A DNA stretch of 64,000 bases, taken from Hydrurus foetidus (lineage: Eukaryota). Shown one piece after another: positions 31,949 through 42,935 of this stretch; positions within the stretch are counted from its first letter, which is position 1; each line of letters begins with the position of its first letter. The notes under the pieces are model-generated. The model saw only the letters and a list, made by a program, of their open reading frames with translations, did not search any database and was not told the origin of the DNA. Location: NCBI GenBank assembly GCA_900617105.1, contig UYFQ01000001.1, forward strand, positions 2,232,001 through 2,296,000, written 5' to 3'. The position numbers and the translations under genes were made by a program.

Positions 31949-32647
31949 TTAATTCAATTCAAGAATTTCGAGCACTTTTGTAAGATCATCGCCGGTGTAA
32001 GTTGGCTTGGGGCCGATGGCTTCGTACGGCAAGCTCTGGCGATTGACCCACAGCGTAGTGAAGCCAAACCAGGTTGCACCTAGAGCGTCCCAAGCGTTGC
32101 TAGAGACAAAAAGAATTTCTTGTTTTTCAAGCGGCAGGTGTTTTTGAACCAAGCCATAGCTTTCAGGCGAGGTTTTAAAAATCCGAATGGCGTCAACTGA
32201 GATCACGTGCTCGAGCAGGTCTTTCATGCCTGCGCTTAGCACCGCAGAGTCCAGCATTTCCGGGCTGCCGTTGGACAGAATGGCGGTGGTCAGCCCTGCT
32301 TTTTTCAGGCTTTTCAAGACGCCCAGATTTTCCGTAAATGAACTTAAGTGCGCATACTGCTGCATCAGGTCGTCTACAGCGCTGCCCGTGCGAGTTAACT
32401 TCAAGCGGTCTAGCGTGTACTCCAGCGCCAGTCGGGTCAGTTCCCAAAACGGCTGGTAATACTTGCTGCCGCTAGCCTGATGCGGATCTGACTGCGTGAT
32501 GAGGCGCGTGTACTCAATTTGTTTGTCTCGCCACATCACCGCAATAACAGCGCCCTGACCGGGGTAAAGCTGCTCGGCCAGCGCTTGTATTGAGTAAACG
32601 TCAAACAAGGTGCCATACGCATCAAACACCACGGCTTTAATTTTCAT
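31949..32647 (-). CDS. Haloacid dehalogenase type II
   Basis: FDAYGTLFDV, WRDKQIEYT, LSNG and FVSSNAWD motifs. Confidence 0.9.
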   Translation of the reverse strand: MKIKAVVFDAYGTLFDVYSIQALAEQLYPGQGAVIAVMWRDKQIEYTRLITQSDPHQASGSKYYQPFWELTRLALEYTLDRLKLTRTGSAVDDLMQQYAHLSSFTENLGVLKSLKKAGLTTAILSNGSPEMLDSAVLSAGMKDLLEHVISVDAIRIFKTSPESYGLVQKHLPLEKQEILFVSSNAWDALGATWFGFTTLWVNRQSLPYEAIGPKPTYTGDDLTKVLEILELN

Positions 32648-32719
32648 GGTTTGCACCGAGTTGAAGGGTTAGAAAACAGCGCTGGCTTTCGCGGCAACAG
32701 TCGCATCGACATCGACGCA

Positions 32720-33415
32720 TCAAGTCCCAGCTTGTTTCAGCCGCTCATTGGAGGGGAAAAGCATCTTGCGCGCGTCTTCGTCGACCTCGGTCTTGAATGT
32801 GAATTTGCTCTTCAAGGCCTCCGCGCGCTGTGCTGCTGGGCGTGCATTGATCTCATCAAGCAGGCGTTTGACGTGGGGCAGTTTGTCCCACGCGTCAGCA
32901 CCCAAAATAAAGGGAATTGCCCGAGCCCAGCCCCATACCGACATATCAACTACGGTGTATTGGTTGCCCAACATGTATGGCTGAGTCGCCAAGTGGTCGT
33001 TAACGATGTGCCAGTGGCGCCACGCCTCAAAGTCATAACGGTTAACGGCGTATTCTTTTGGCTCAGGTGCGAAATGCTTGAAGTGAACCGCTTGGCCGCA
33101 GTAGGGGCCGATGCCGGTTGCAACAAACATCAGCCATGAAAGCATTTCAGCCTTGTCGGCGGGGGTATCGGGCGGCACAAATTTGCCAGTTTTTTCAGCC
33201 AAATAAATCAGCATGGCGTTGCTGTCAAAAACGCGGATGTCACCATCGACCATCGCGGGTGTTTTAGCGTTAGGGTTGATGGCCTTGAAAGCATCAGAAT
33301 GCTGCTCGCCCTTGCGGGTGTCAATCCCAATCAGCTCGTATGGCTCGCCCGTTTCTTCAAGATAAAGGGCAATCTTTAACGGATTGGGCGACGGGTGAAA
33401 ATAGAACTTGATCAT
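32720..33415 (-). CDS. Glutathione S-transferase (YfcG/Nu-class-like)
   Basis: SPNPLKI, INPNAKTPA, FDSNA and SWLMFVATGIGP motifs. Confidence 0.88.
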   Translation of the reverse strand: MIKFYFHPSPNPLKIALYLEETGEPYELIGIDTRKGEQHSDAFKAINPNAKTPAMVDGDIRVFDSNAMLIYLAEKTGKFVPPDTPADKAEMLSWLMFVATGIGPYCGQAVHFKHFAPEPKEYAVNRYDFEAWRHWHIVNDHLATQPYMLGNQYTVVDMSVWGWARAIPFILGADAWDKLPHVKRLLDEINARPAAQRAEALKSKFTFKTEVDEDARKMLFPSNERLKQAGT

Positions 33416-33696
33416 CAAAGGTTTCCTTAAAACAATAATGTTGCGCAGCAGGGCTGGCTGGGCTTGCGCACCTTGATTTTTTGCTAAGTATGCATCGTAT
33501 TTTTCCTTAGGTAAAACGCGGCGCTACTTTTAAATAGCAGTAATGCCATGCGCCGCGTATGTCAGCAATTTCCAATGCGCTGCGATGACAAGTTCCTCGC
33601 CCATTTGTGTAAAAACTCATCTAGACTATTGCCCAGTATGTAAAGTCAAGCGCTAGCGATGCGCCCGGCCGACCCTGGTCCCCTTTTTGTTCACTC

Positions 33697-35470
<1,774 letters not shown>

Positions 35471-35507
35471 GTTCCAGAGTTGGTTAAAAGAGATTTGTCC
35501 TTACAAA

Positions 35508-35697
35508 TCACGGACTAAAACTCCACGAATGCAAGGGCTCGCCGGCTTGCGACGTCCAGTCGCTGCAAACACCCCGCAGGCCTTGGCCCAAGAGCCGATT
35601 GATGAGTGCCAGTGCCGATCGGTTAATGGCCTCTTGGGTCAACAGGGCTGCCGCAACGCTGGTGCCAACGCAAAAACATAAACTGCGTTCGCTCTAG
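35508..35697 (-). pseudogene. Decayed PIN/VapC-type toxin remnant
   Basis: Minus frame 35669-35508 reads VGTSVAAALLTQEAINRSALALINRLLGQGLRGVCSDWTS, like the PIN N-terminus (x-D-T-S...S-x-W-T) but with Gly at the Asp position; out of frame with the upstream start and ends after about 53 codons; lies directly behind a Phd antitoxin. Confidence 0.55.
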
Positions 35698-35972
35698 AAA
35701 CGAGCGCCTTCACGCCATTGCTCCATGAAGTTGAGCTGACGCGGCGCGCGGCTATTGCCTCCAAAGCTTGCCAGCACATCTGCCAGGTCGTTGTGGCTGC
35801 AGGTCGGCTTTTCAACAGAGAAATCGACTGCGTTTTGCGTTTGCGGAGCTGATACGGCCACCAGCCGATAACGTGACCGGCCGTGTTTGGCAATCACAAC
35901 CTCTTGCCCCGCATCGACCAAATGCATCAGTTCGCTCAAGCGGGCTTTGGCTTGGGCTAGTCCGTGTTGCAT
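35694..35972 (-). CDS. Phd/YefM-family antitoxin
   Basis: AQAKARLSELMHLVDAGQEVVIAKHGR...RLV signature. Confidence 0.85.
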   Translation of the reverse strand: MQHGLAQAKARLSELMHLVDAGQEVVIAKHGRSRYRLVAVSAPQTQNAVDFSVEKPTCSHNDLADVLASFGGNSRAPRQLNFMEQWREGARF

Positions 35973-36044
35973 AAATTTCTTAAAAACAGTCTGCTGATGA
36001 TCCTATTTTTGGTCATCTTAGGGTGTTCAGGGTGATGATTCAAT

Positions 36045-36092
36045 ACTATTAAAATAATAGCTGTTTGCGCCCGTATTTATTAGTCTACGGGC
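36045..36092 (-). repeat. 48-bp dispersed element, copy 8
   Basis: Plus strand ACTATTAAAATAATAGC-TGTTTGC-GCCCGTATTTATTAGTC-TACGGGC. Confidence 0.88.
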
Positions 36093-36215
36093 TTGTTTAG
36101 TGCATAAAACTACCTATTTTCAAATGATGTGCGCCTTATTTTGAATCCAGCTGTGTTTTTGGGCCGTAATAAAAAAACAGAACCTTCCCACCCTATCCCC
36201 ACAGAAAGACCCGCC

Positions 36216-37103
36216 ATGATCACCGCTACCTTCACAAAATTGAGCCTTGCCACACTTGCAATCGCCTGCCTGGCCGCTTGTAGCACCATGATGCCCGAGC
36301 CTGAGGGCGCAGAACGAGCTGAAAAAGCCGTGGCGGTAACAGCTTCAAACAAGTTGCTCAAGTTCAATGCCGGCCGACCTGGTCGCATTCTGGCGACCCT
36401 AAACATCACGGGTTTGCAGGCCGGCGAAACGCTGCTGGGCATCGACTACCGCGTGGCCAAAGATCAGCTTTACGCGCTGGGCAGCAGCGGTCGGCTTTAC
36501 ACCGTCAATGAAGACACCGCAGCCGCTACCGCCGTCGGGTCGCCGTTTGCCGTCAAACTTGAAGGCACGCAGTTTGGCTTTGACTTCAACCCCACTGTTG
36601 ACCGCATTCGCGTGGTCAGCAACACCGGGCAAAACCTGCGCTTACACCCCGACACTGGCGCTGTTGTAGACGGCAACGCAACCCTTGAAGGCGTGCAAAC
36701 CGACGGCAAACTGGCTTATGCAGCGGGCGACGTGAACTTTGGCAAATCACCTAGCACCGTTGGCGCGGCTTACAGCTACAACAAAGCCGACACTAAAATC
36801 ACCACCAACTTTGCGCTGGACGCCGCGACTGGTGCGCTGGTCACACAGGGCTCGCGCGAAGGCGTTGTGCCAGCGGTATCGCCCAACACCGGGCAGTTTT
36901 TTACCGTTGGCAGTTTGGGCATGACTTTTAACAACGCGTCGTTCGACATTCAAGCATTAACCGACGTGGCGTTTGCAGCCTTGAGCAGCGACGGCAGCGC
37001 GGCCAGCCGCTGGGTAACGATTGATTTAAAAACGGGTGCTGCGAAATCACTGGGCAGCATTGGGGGTGGTGAACGCGTGGTGGGTATTGCGCTGGAGCCT
37101 TGA
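36216..37103 (+). CDS. DUF4394-like lipoprotein
   Basis: Lipobox LAAC; LLGIDYR and FDFNPTVDRIRVVSNTGQNLR motifs. Confidence 0.8.
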   Translation: MITATFTKLSLATLAIACLAACSTMMPEPEGAERAEKAVAVTASNKLLKFNAGRPGRILATLNITGLQAGETLLGIDYRVAKDQLYALGSSGRLYTVNEDTAAATAVGSPFAVKLEGTQFGFDFNPTVDRIRVVSNTGQNLRLHPDTGAVVDGNATLEGVQTDGKLAYAAGDVNFGKSPSTVGAAYSYNKADTKITTNFALDAATGALVTQGSREGVVPAVSPNTGQFFTVGSLGMTFNNASFDIQALTDVAFAALSSDGSAASRWVTIDLKTGAAKSLGSIGGGERVVGIALEP

Positions 37104-37129
37104 CGGCATCAGGCCGGAGCACCTTATTT

Positions 37130-37177
37130 GCTACTATATTTATAGCCGCTTGCACCCGTTTTTATTAAGCTGCAGCT
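37130..37177 (-). repeat. 48-bp dispersed element, copy 9 (more diverged)
   Basis: Plus strand GCTACTATATTTATAGC-CGCTTGC-ACCCGTTTTTATTAAGC-TGCAGCT. Confidence 0.8.
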
Positions 37178-37199
37178 ATTTTATTGCCTGAAAAGCAGC

Positions 37200-38054
37200 T
37201 TAATTTGCGACTTTCTGCCCGCTGCGCAGCTCTTTCATGCGCTCTTCAAAATAGCTGCCCACGGTGTAACGGCTTGACAGCACTACTTCACGCCTGGGGT
37301 GCAAAAACAGTGGCAGCGATAGGCGTGACTTTGTACGCGCTGCACCGACTGGGTTCAGCACCCGGTGAATAGTCGACGGGTAAAAGCCGCCAGATGCTTC
37401 TTGCAACATGTCGCCGTTGTTGACAATCAGCAACCCAAAATCACACGGCACGTCGCGCCACTGCTGGTCTTTGCCAAGCACTTGCAGGCCAGGCTCGCTG
37501 GCGGCGGGCAAGATGGTGAGCAAATTAATGTCGCCATGGGCGGCGGCGCGCACGGCACCGGGCTCCTCAACACCCAACAACGGCGGGTAATGCAATACGC
37601 GCAGCAGCGTTTGGTCGCAGCCGTCAATCATGTCGGGCAGCGGCATGGAATAACCTGCTTTGACGCCGGGCGGTGAATAGTCTTCTACCCACGTCAACAA
37701 CTTGGCGGCTAGCGCACTGCCTGCGGCGTAGTAGCGGCGTGCGGCGTCAGTCACTTCAGCCGGGTAACGGCCCCACGGAAAGATGTGAAAAAACTCTTTT
37801 AAATCGCGTTGGGTATTGTTTTTGGCGGTTTCTGAAATGGCGGGCGAAAAGTAGCCGTCAAGTTTGACTGGGTCTTGCGCGTAGCCGTGTTTGGCATCGC
37901 CTTTAAAAAACGCCAGCCATTCGTCGTAAATGTTTTGCACCAGCGCTTGGTCTAGCGGGTGATTGGCCAGCACGCCAAAGCCAGTGTGGTGCAAGCTGCT
38001 GCAAAAATCTTGCGCAGCGGTTAGGCTGCGATAGTCAATGACGGGAAGCTGCAT
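37200..38054 (-). CDS. 2-oxoglutarate/Fe(II) dioxygenase, isopenicillin N synthase-like fold
   Basis: LRVLHYPP, HxD (HGDINLLT), distal His (STIHRV) and RxS (RLSLP) motifs. Confidence 0.9.
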   Translation of the reverse strand: MQLPVIDYRSLTAAQDFCSSLHHTGFGVLANHPLDQALVQNIYDEWLAFFKGDAKHGYAQDPVKLDGYFSPAISETAKNNTQRDLKEFFHIFPWGRYPAEVTDAARRYYAAGSALAAKLLTWVEDYSPPGVKAGYSMPLPDMIDGCDQTLLRVLHYPPLLGVEEPGAVRAAAHGDINLLTILPAASEPGLQVLGKDQQWRDVPCDFGLLIVNNGDMLQEASGGFYPSTIHRVLNPVGAARTKSRLSLPLFLHPRREVVLSSRYTVGSYFEERMKELRSGQKVAN

Positions 38055-38079
38055 GACTCGTCTCCTTCTCTTTAAGAAG

Positions 38080-39078
38080 TTACTTGCCTAACCAATTGCT
38101 CATCAAAGTTTGTTCAAACACTGCCAGGCACGCAGGTGCATTTACCGCCATGCAGACCTCGGTTTGCGGCATGTCATCGCCCCAGCCGGGTTGCGGGTAG
38201 TCAATAAACTGCTTGCGGTTCATCATGGTTTGGCCCATTGCAATGCCGTCTAGCGCTACACGTACGCGGCCCGATTCAATCGTAAACAGTTCGGGGTTGG
38301 TCAGGCAAATAAAGGCCATCACGTCATGGCCAAAGCAGCCGTGAATTTTGGCCACATGCGGGTACAGTCCACTGTAAAAGTTAGCGTAAAACTCGACGGC
38401 ATGGGCCAGTGCGTCGGTGGCGGTATGGTTCTGCTTCTCGGCAATTGCTTTCATCAGTGCAACGGGCACGATCACTTGGTGGGTGACGTCCAGGCCCACC
38501 ATCGTCAGCTTGAAGCCTGCGATAAATACCTTGTCGGCGGCGTGCGGGTCGTTCCACACATTGGCCTCGGCCACAGGAGACACGTTGCCGGGCTCCAGTA
38601 CCGTGCCACCCATGATGATGACTTCTTTCAATAACTTCGGAAGGTTGGGTTCTAGCTGCAAAGCCAGCGCCACGTTGCCCAGCGGGCCAACTGCCACCAG
38701 CGTGACTTCAGCGGGCTGGGCACGTGCCGTGTCAACGATGAATTGTGCAGAGGTGCGTGGGTCAAGCGTGTTGGCAGTTGCCACTCGGCTGGCCAAATTG
38801 CCCAGGCCGTCTGCGCCGTGAATAAAGTCAAACTTGGCCTCCGTTTGCCGCACCATGGGCGTTGCTACACCCTGCGTGACAGGGATGTTCGGGTGCCCCG
38901 CAATCGCGCTTAAGTAAAGCGCATTGATAGCCGCTTGCGCCACCGTGCAATTGCCAAACGTGGTGGTAACGCCGACCACCTCAATGCCAGGGTGCGCTAA
39001 CGCGTAGTACAGCGCCATCGCGTCGTCTACGCCGGGGTCGGTGTCAAAAATTACTTTTACGGGGGATTTTGAAGTCAT
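38080..39078 (-). CDS. Nucleoside hydrolase (IU-NH family)
   Basis: DTDPGVDD, HGADGLG, MGG...GNVSPVAEAN and GLDVT motifs. Confidence 0.93.
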   Translation of the reverse strand: MTSKSPVKVIFDTDPGVDDAMALYYALAHPGIEVVGVTTTFGNCTVAQAAINALYLSAIAGHPNIPVTQGVATPMVRQTEAKFDFIHGADGLGNLASRVATANTLDPRTSAQFIVDTARAQPAEVTLVAVGPLGNVALALQLEPNLPKLLKEVIIMGGTVLEPGNVSPVAEANVWNDPHAADKVFIAGFKLTMVGLDVTHQVIVPVALMKAIAEKQNHTATDALAHAVEFYANFYSGLYPHVAKIHGCFGHDVMAFICLTNPELFTIESGRVRVALDGIAMGQTMMNRKQFIDYPQPGWGDDMPQTEVCMAVNAPACLAVFEQTLMSNWLGK

Positions 39079-39097
39079 GCTTTTAAAACTTTGAGGT

Positions 39098-40045
39098 CTA
39101 AGAATTGAATCCAGCGAAGGTTGCCAGCGCGTCAAGGGCTACCGAATTTTTTGCGGAATCAAGCTGATGATTGGCTAAAAACTGATCTACTTCCTGGCGA
39201 GTGGGAATGCTGTCTTGCGCTCCCGCCCGCGTGCAGGCCAGTGCAGCTGCCGCACTGGCCAGCTTTAACGCCTGCGGTAACGAGAGCTGCTGCGCCAAGC
39301 TGGCTGCCAGCACACCGCAAAAGGTATCGCCAGCGGCTGTCGTGTCAACCGGCGTCACGGCAAATGCGGTTTGCAAAAAAATTTGATCATTCATACGCGC
39401 ACAGCAGCCCCTGCCGCCCAGCGTCACCACAATACAAGGCGAGTCGGGCAACTGGTTCAGGCAATCTGCCACGCTACCCGTGCAGTTGCTGATGCAGGCC
39501 AGCTCGCCTTCATTGACCACCAACACATCGACGTAAGCCAGCAGCGCTGGAGGCAGCGCTTGCGCAGGCGCGGCATTCAGCACCACTTGCACGCCAGCAC
39601 GGCGTGCGGCCTCGGCGTAGGCAGCAACGGTGTTGAGCGGAGTTTCTAGCTGCAGCAACAAAAATTGGAGGCCGCTCAGGTCAGGCAAGTGCTCTGCACG
39701 CAAAGCGCTATTGGCGCCGGGCGCAACGGTAATGGCGTTTTCTGCGTCGTCAGACACACAAATAAACGCGGTGCCGGTGGGCAGATTGTCAGAACGATGC
39801 ACATGCAGCTTCACGCCAGCAGCATTGAGCGATTCCTCAATCGGCTCGGCAAAACTGTCGCGCCCCAAGCCCAGCAACATGCGGGTGGCCACGCCTCCTG
39901 CGCGCGCGCAAGCGATGGCTTGGTTAGCGCCCTTGCCGCCCGCAAAGGTGCGGAAGTCGCCGCCCAGCACGGTTTCACCCGGCGCGGGGATGTGCGGCGC
40001 GCGGACCACAAAATCTAAGTTGGCTGAACCAGCGACGAGAATCAT
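39098..40045 (-). CDS. rbsK: Ribokinase
   Basis: GSANLD, GGKGANQA, LQLE, NAAPA and DTTAAGDTF motifs. Confidence 0.88.
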   Translation of the reverse strand: MILVAGSANLDFVVRAPHIPAPGETVLGGDFRTFAGGKGANQAIACARAGGVATRMLLGLGRDSFAEPIEESLNAAGVKLHVHRSDNLPTGTAFICVSDDAENAITVAPGANSALRAEHLPDLSGLQFLLLQLETPLNTVAAYAEAARRAGVQVVLNAAPAQALPPALLAYVDVLVVNEGELACISNCTGSVADCLNQLPDSPCIVVTLGGRGCCARMNDQIFLQTAFAVTPVDTTAAGDTFCGVLAASLAQQLSLPQALKLASAAAALACTRAGAQDSIPTRQEVDQFLANHQLDSAKNSVALDALATFAGFNS

Positions 40046-40077
40046 CGTTTTATTGTAGAAAGTTATGTGAGCAGGTC

Positions 40078-41022
40078 ATGACACAAATCTTGACAACTAT
40101 AGGCAAGCAGGGCGTAGTGGTGTTTGGCGCGGCGAATGTAGATATTTCTGCCAGCACTGTAATGGCTTTGGCTGCGGGCGACTCAACGCCCGGCCGTATT
40201 ACCACCACTGCTGGCGGCGTAGGCCGAAACATCGCTGAAAATTTGGCGAGGCTGGGCCACAACGTGAAGTTGGTCAGCGCGGTCGGTGGCGATTTACAAG
40301 GTCAGTTTTTACTGGATCACACCCGCCGTGCGGGGGTTGATGTGTCGACTTACAGCGTGTTTCATGGCCAAACGACTGGCACCTATTTGTCGCTGAACAA
40401 CCCCGATGGCTCAGTGCTGGCCGCCGTCAATGACATGGCGATATTGAATTTGCTCAGCCCCGGTGAGCTGGCGCGCCACGCAGCCACCTTGGCCACCGCT
40501 GGCGCATGGGTGGTGGACTGCAATTTAAGCGAGGCCGCTATCGAATGGGTTGTGCAAAACAGCCAGGGTAAAACAGTGTTTGTAGACGGCGTGTCTGGCT
40601 AAAAATGCTTAAAGGTGCTGCCGTTTCTAGCGCAGGTCAACACGCTAAAGATCAATCAGCTTGAAGCCTCGGCGCTGACAGGCATGCCCGTCGACGGCGC
40701 AGCGCAAGCGATTTCAGCCGCGAAAAGTCTGCGCGAACGCGGCGTTAACCAGGTTGTGGTGAGCCTGGGCGGCGGCGGCGTGTGCTGGAGCATGCAAGGC
40801 AGCAGCGGGCATGTGGCCGCCATTAGCGTAAGTGCAGTCAATTCAAACGGCGCAGGTGACGCACTGACTGCTGGGTTGGTACACGCTGCACTGGCCGACT
40901 GGCCATTGGAGCAAGCCGTGCGCTTTGCCAACGCCTGCGCAGCGTTCACCTTGACCAGCAGCGGGGCCAATCACCCTGATTTAAACGCAGCCAACGCGTC
41001 TCGATTGCTGGCGCCACCCTGA
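40078..41022 (+). pseudogene. psuK: PfkB-family kinase (pseudouridine kinase-like) interrupted by an in-frame TAA at 40600-40602
   Basis: ORFs 40078-40602 (GAANVD, GGVGRNIAENLARLG) and 40615-41022 (NSNGAGDA) share one frame: VDGVSG*KCLKVLP; directly upstream of psuG. Confidence 0.8.
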
Positions 41023-41039
41023 GCAGGTTTAATACAGCC

Positions 41040-41966
41040 ATGACGACCAATCAATACCTGGATGTTTCCCCCGAAGTTGCGCGCGCGATTCAAACTGGCC
41101 AGCCGGTAGTGGCGCTGGAGTCCACCATCATCTCGCACGGCATGCCCTACCCGCAAAACGTACAGACCGCCCTGCGGGTTGAAGCTGAAGTGCGTGCTCA
41201 CGGCGCTGTGCCCGCGACCATCGCAATTTTGAATGGCCGGTTAAAGGTGGGCCTGGAAGCAGCAGACATTGAAATGCTGGGCAAGCTTGGCCACCAAGCC
41301 ATCAAGGTCAGCCGCCGTGATGTCCCCTTTGTGGTGGCGGCGGGCCAGTCGGGCGCCACCACCGTGGCCGCCACCATAATGTTGGCCGCCATGGCGGGCA
41401 TTGCGGTGTTTGCCACCGGCGGCATTGGCGGCGTGCATCGGGGGGCAGAGCGAACGTTTGATGTGTCTGCCGATTTGCAAGAGCTGGCGCGCACACGTGT
41501 AGCGGTGGTGTGTGCGGGGGCCAAATCTATTCTTGACCTGGGCCTAACGCTTGAATATCTGGAGACCCACGGGGTGCCGGTGATTGGCTACCAAACCGAC
41601 AACTTGCCAGCATTTTTCACCCGCAGCAGCGCTTTTAAAGTTGACTACCGGCTAGACACTGCCGATGCCATAGCAAAGGTAATGCACGCCAAATGGGGAA
41701 TGAACTTAGTCGGCGGTTTGGTAGTTGCCAACCCGATTCCTGAAGCGTTTGGCATGCCGCAGGAGACAATTGACACCGCCATAGAGCAAGCGCTAAAAGA
41801 AGCAACTGAGCAGCACATCAGCGGCAAGGCCATCACTCCTTTTTTGCTTGACCGAGTCAATCAGCTAACGGGCGGCAACAGCTTGGCAGCCAATATTGAA
41901 CTGGTGCTGAACAACGCCAGACTGGCCGCTGCGATTGCGTGCGCGTATGCAAAGGGCACAGCATGA
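41040..41966 (+). CDS. psuG: Pseudouridine-5'-phosphate glycosidase
   Basis: VVALESTIISHGMPYPQN, KVSRRD, ATGGIGGVHRG, SADLQEL and GAKSILD motifs. Confidence 0.96.
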   Translation: MTTNQYLDVSPEVARAIQTGQPVVALESTIISHGMPYPQNVQTALRVEAEVRAHGAVPATIAILNGRLKVGLEAADIEMLGKLGHQAIKVSRRDVPFVVAAGQSGATTVAATIMLAAMAGIAVFATGGIGGVHRGAERTFDVSADLQELARTRVAVVCAGAKSILDLGLTLEYLETHGVPVIGYQTDNLPAFFTRSSAFKVDYRLDTADAIAKVMHAKWGMNLVGGLVVANPIPEAFGMPQETIDTAIEQALKEATEQHISGKAITPFLLDRVNQLTGGNSLAANIELVLNNARLAAAIACAYAKGTA

Positions 41967-42850
41967 TTGCCCGTTGCAAATGGAACAATGCAGCTGGCTT
42001 GCATCAGGCCTCGCTTGATGCTTTCAAGCAAGACGGCGTGTTGGTGATTGAAGATTTTGTAGCTTCCAGTCAATGCACGGCCCTGCGCGAACGCGCTGAA
42101 GCACTGGTGCAACTGCATGCACCCCAACAAGGTCACACGGTTTTTTCAACGCAAGACCAAAGCCACGCGCGCAACGCGTATTTTGAGCAATCCGCCAACA
42201 GCATTGGCGTGTTTTTTGAAGAAGGCGCGCACGATGCGCAAGGCGAGTTGACTGTGCCGCTGGCCAAAGCCGTCAACAAGCTCGGGCACGCCATGCACGA
42301 CCTTGACCCGGTGTTCAATGCGTTTTCGCGCACGGCGGATTTGGCCAGCGTCGCAAACAGCCTAGGCCTGCTTGACCCGCTGCTGGTGCAGTCGATGTAT
42401 ATCTTCAAGCAGCCGGGCATTGGCGGCGAAGTCAACTGCCACCAGGACAGCACCTACTTGTACACCGAGCCCAGCTCGGTGATTGGTTTTTGGTTCGCCA
42501 TTGAAGAGGCTACCCTAGGCAACGGCTGCTTAGGCGGCATTGCGGGGTCACACCAGCAAGGCTTGCGCGAGGTGTTTCGCCGCCAGCCCACTGGCGAACT
42601 GGCGCTCAACGTGCTGCAGCCAGATTTGCAATGGGACGCATCAAAGGCTGAGTGGCTGGAGGTCACGCAAGGCACATTAATTGTGTTCAACGGTCTGTTC
42701 GCGCACTTGTCAAAAGCCAACCGCTCAGCACAGTCACGCCATGCGTACACGCTGCACGCAGTCAGCGGGCAAGCCCGTTACCCGGCCAGCAACTGGATTC
42801 AAATGCCAAATGAGCCAATCCCGGCTTGGCGTGGCTTTAGCCCGATCTGA
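41963..42850 (+). CDS. Phytanoyl-CoA dioxygenase (PhyH) family protein, PHYHD1-like
   Basis: QSMYIFKQPGIGGEVNCHQDSTYLYTEP (HxD), NGCL, H-x-S-x-x-NRS and RHAYTLH motifs; ATGA overlap with psuG. Confidence 0.9.
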   Translation: MIARCKWNNAAGLHQASLDAFKQDGVLVIEDFVASSQCTALRERAEALVQLHAPQQGHTVFSTQDQSHARNAYFEQSANSIGVFFEEGAHDAQGELTVPLAKAVNKLGHAMHDLDPVFNAFSRTADLASVANSLGLLDPLLVQSMYIFKQPGIGGEVNCHQDSTYLYTEPSSVIGFWFAIEEATLGNGCLGGIAGSHQQGLREVFRRQPTGELALNVLQPDLQWDASKAEWLEVTQGTLIVFNGLFAHLSKANRSAQSRHAYTLHAVSGQARYPASNWIQMPNEPIPAWRGFSPI

Positions 42851-42873
42851 AGGTCTTTTTACTGCTATTTTAA

Positions 42874-42921
42874 GTGTTTTACCCAATAAATACGGGCGCA
42901 AGCAGCTCCTTTATATATAGC
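42874..42921 (+). repeat. 48-bp dispersed element, copy 10
   Basis: GTGTTTT-ACCCAATAAATACGGGC-GCAAGCA-GCTCCTTTATATATAGC. Confidence 0.88.
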
Positions 42922-42935
42922 AAACTTTCTACCTC

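Noticed and set aside
33495..33540. Possible 13th repeat copy (GCTACTTTTAAATAGC)
   Set aside because: The box is 16 bp instead of 17 and the GCCC-N9-GGGC box is not recognisable, so it is at most a decayed remnant and was not counted.
40600..40602. Programmed read-through or selenocysteine/pyrrolysine recoding in psuK
   Set aside because: The codon is TAA, not TGA or TAG, and no recoding hairpin is evident.
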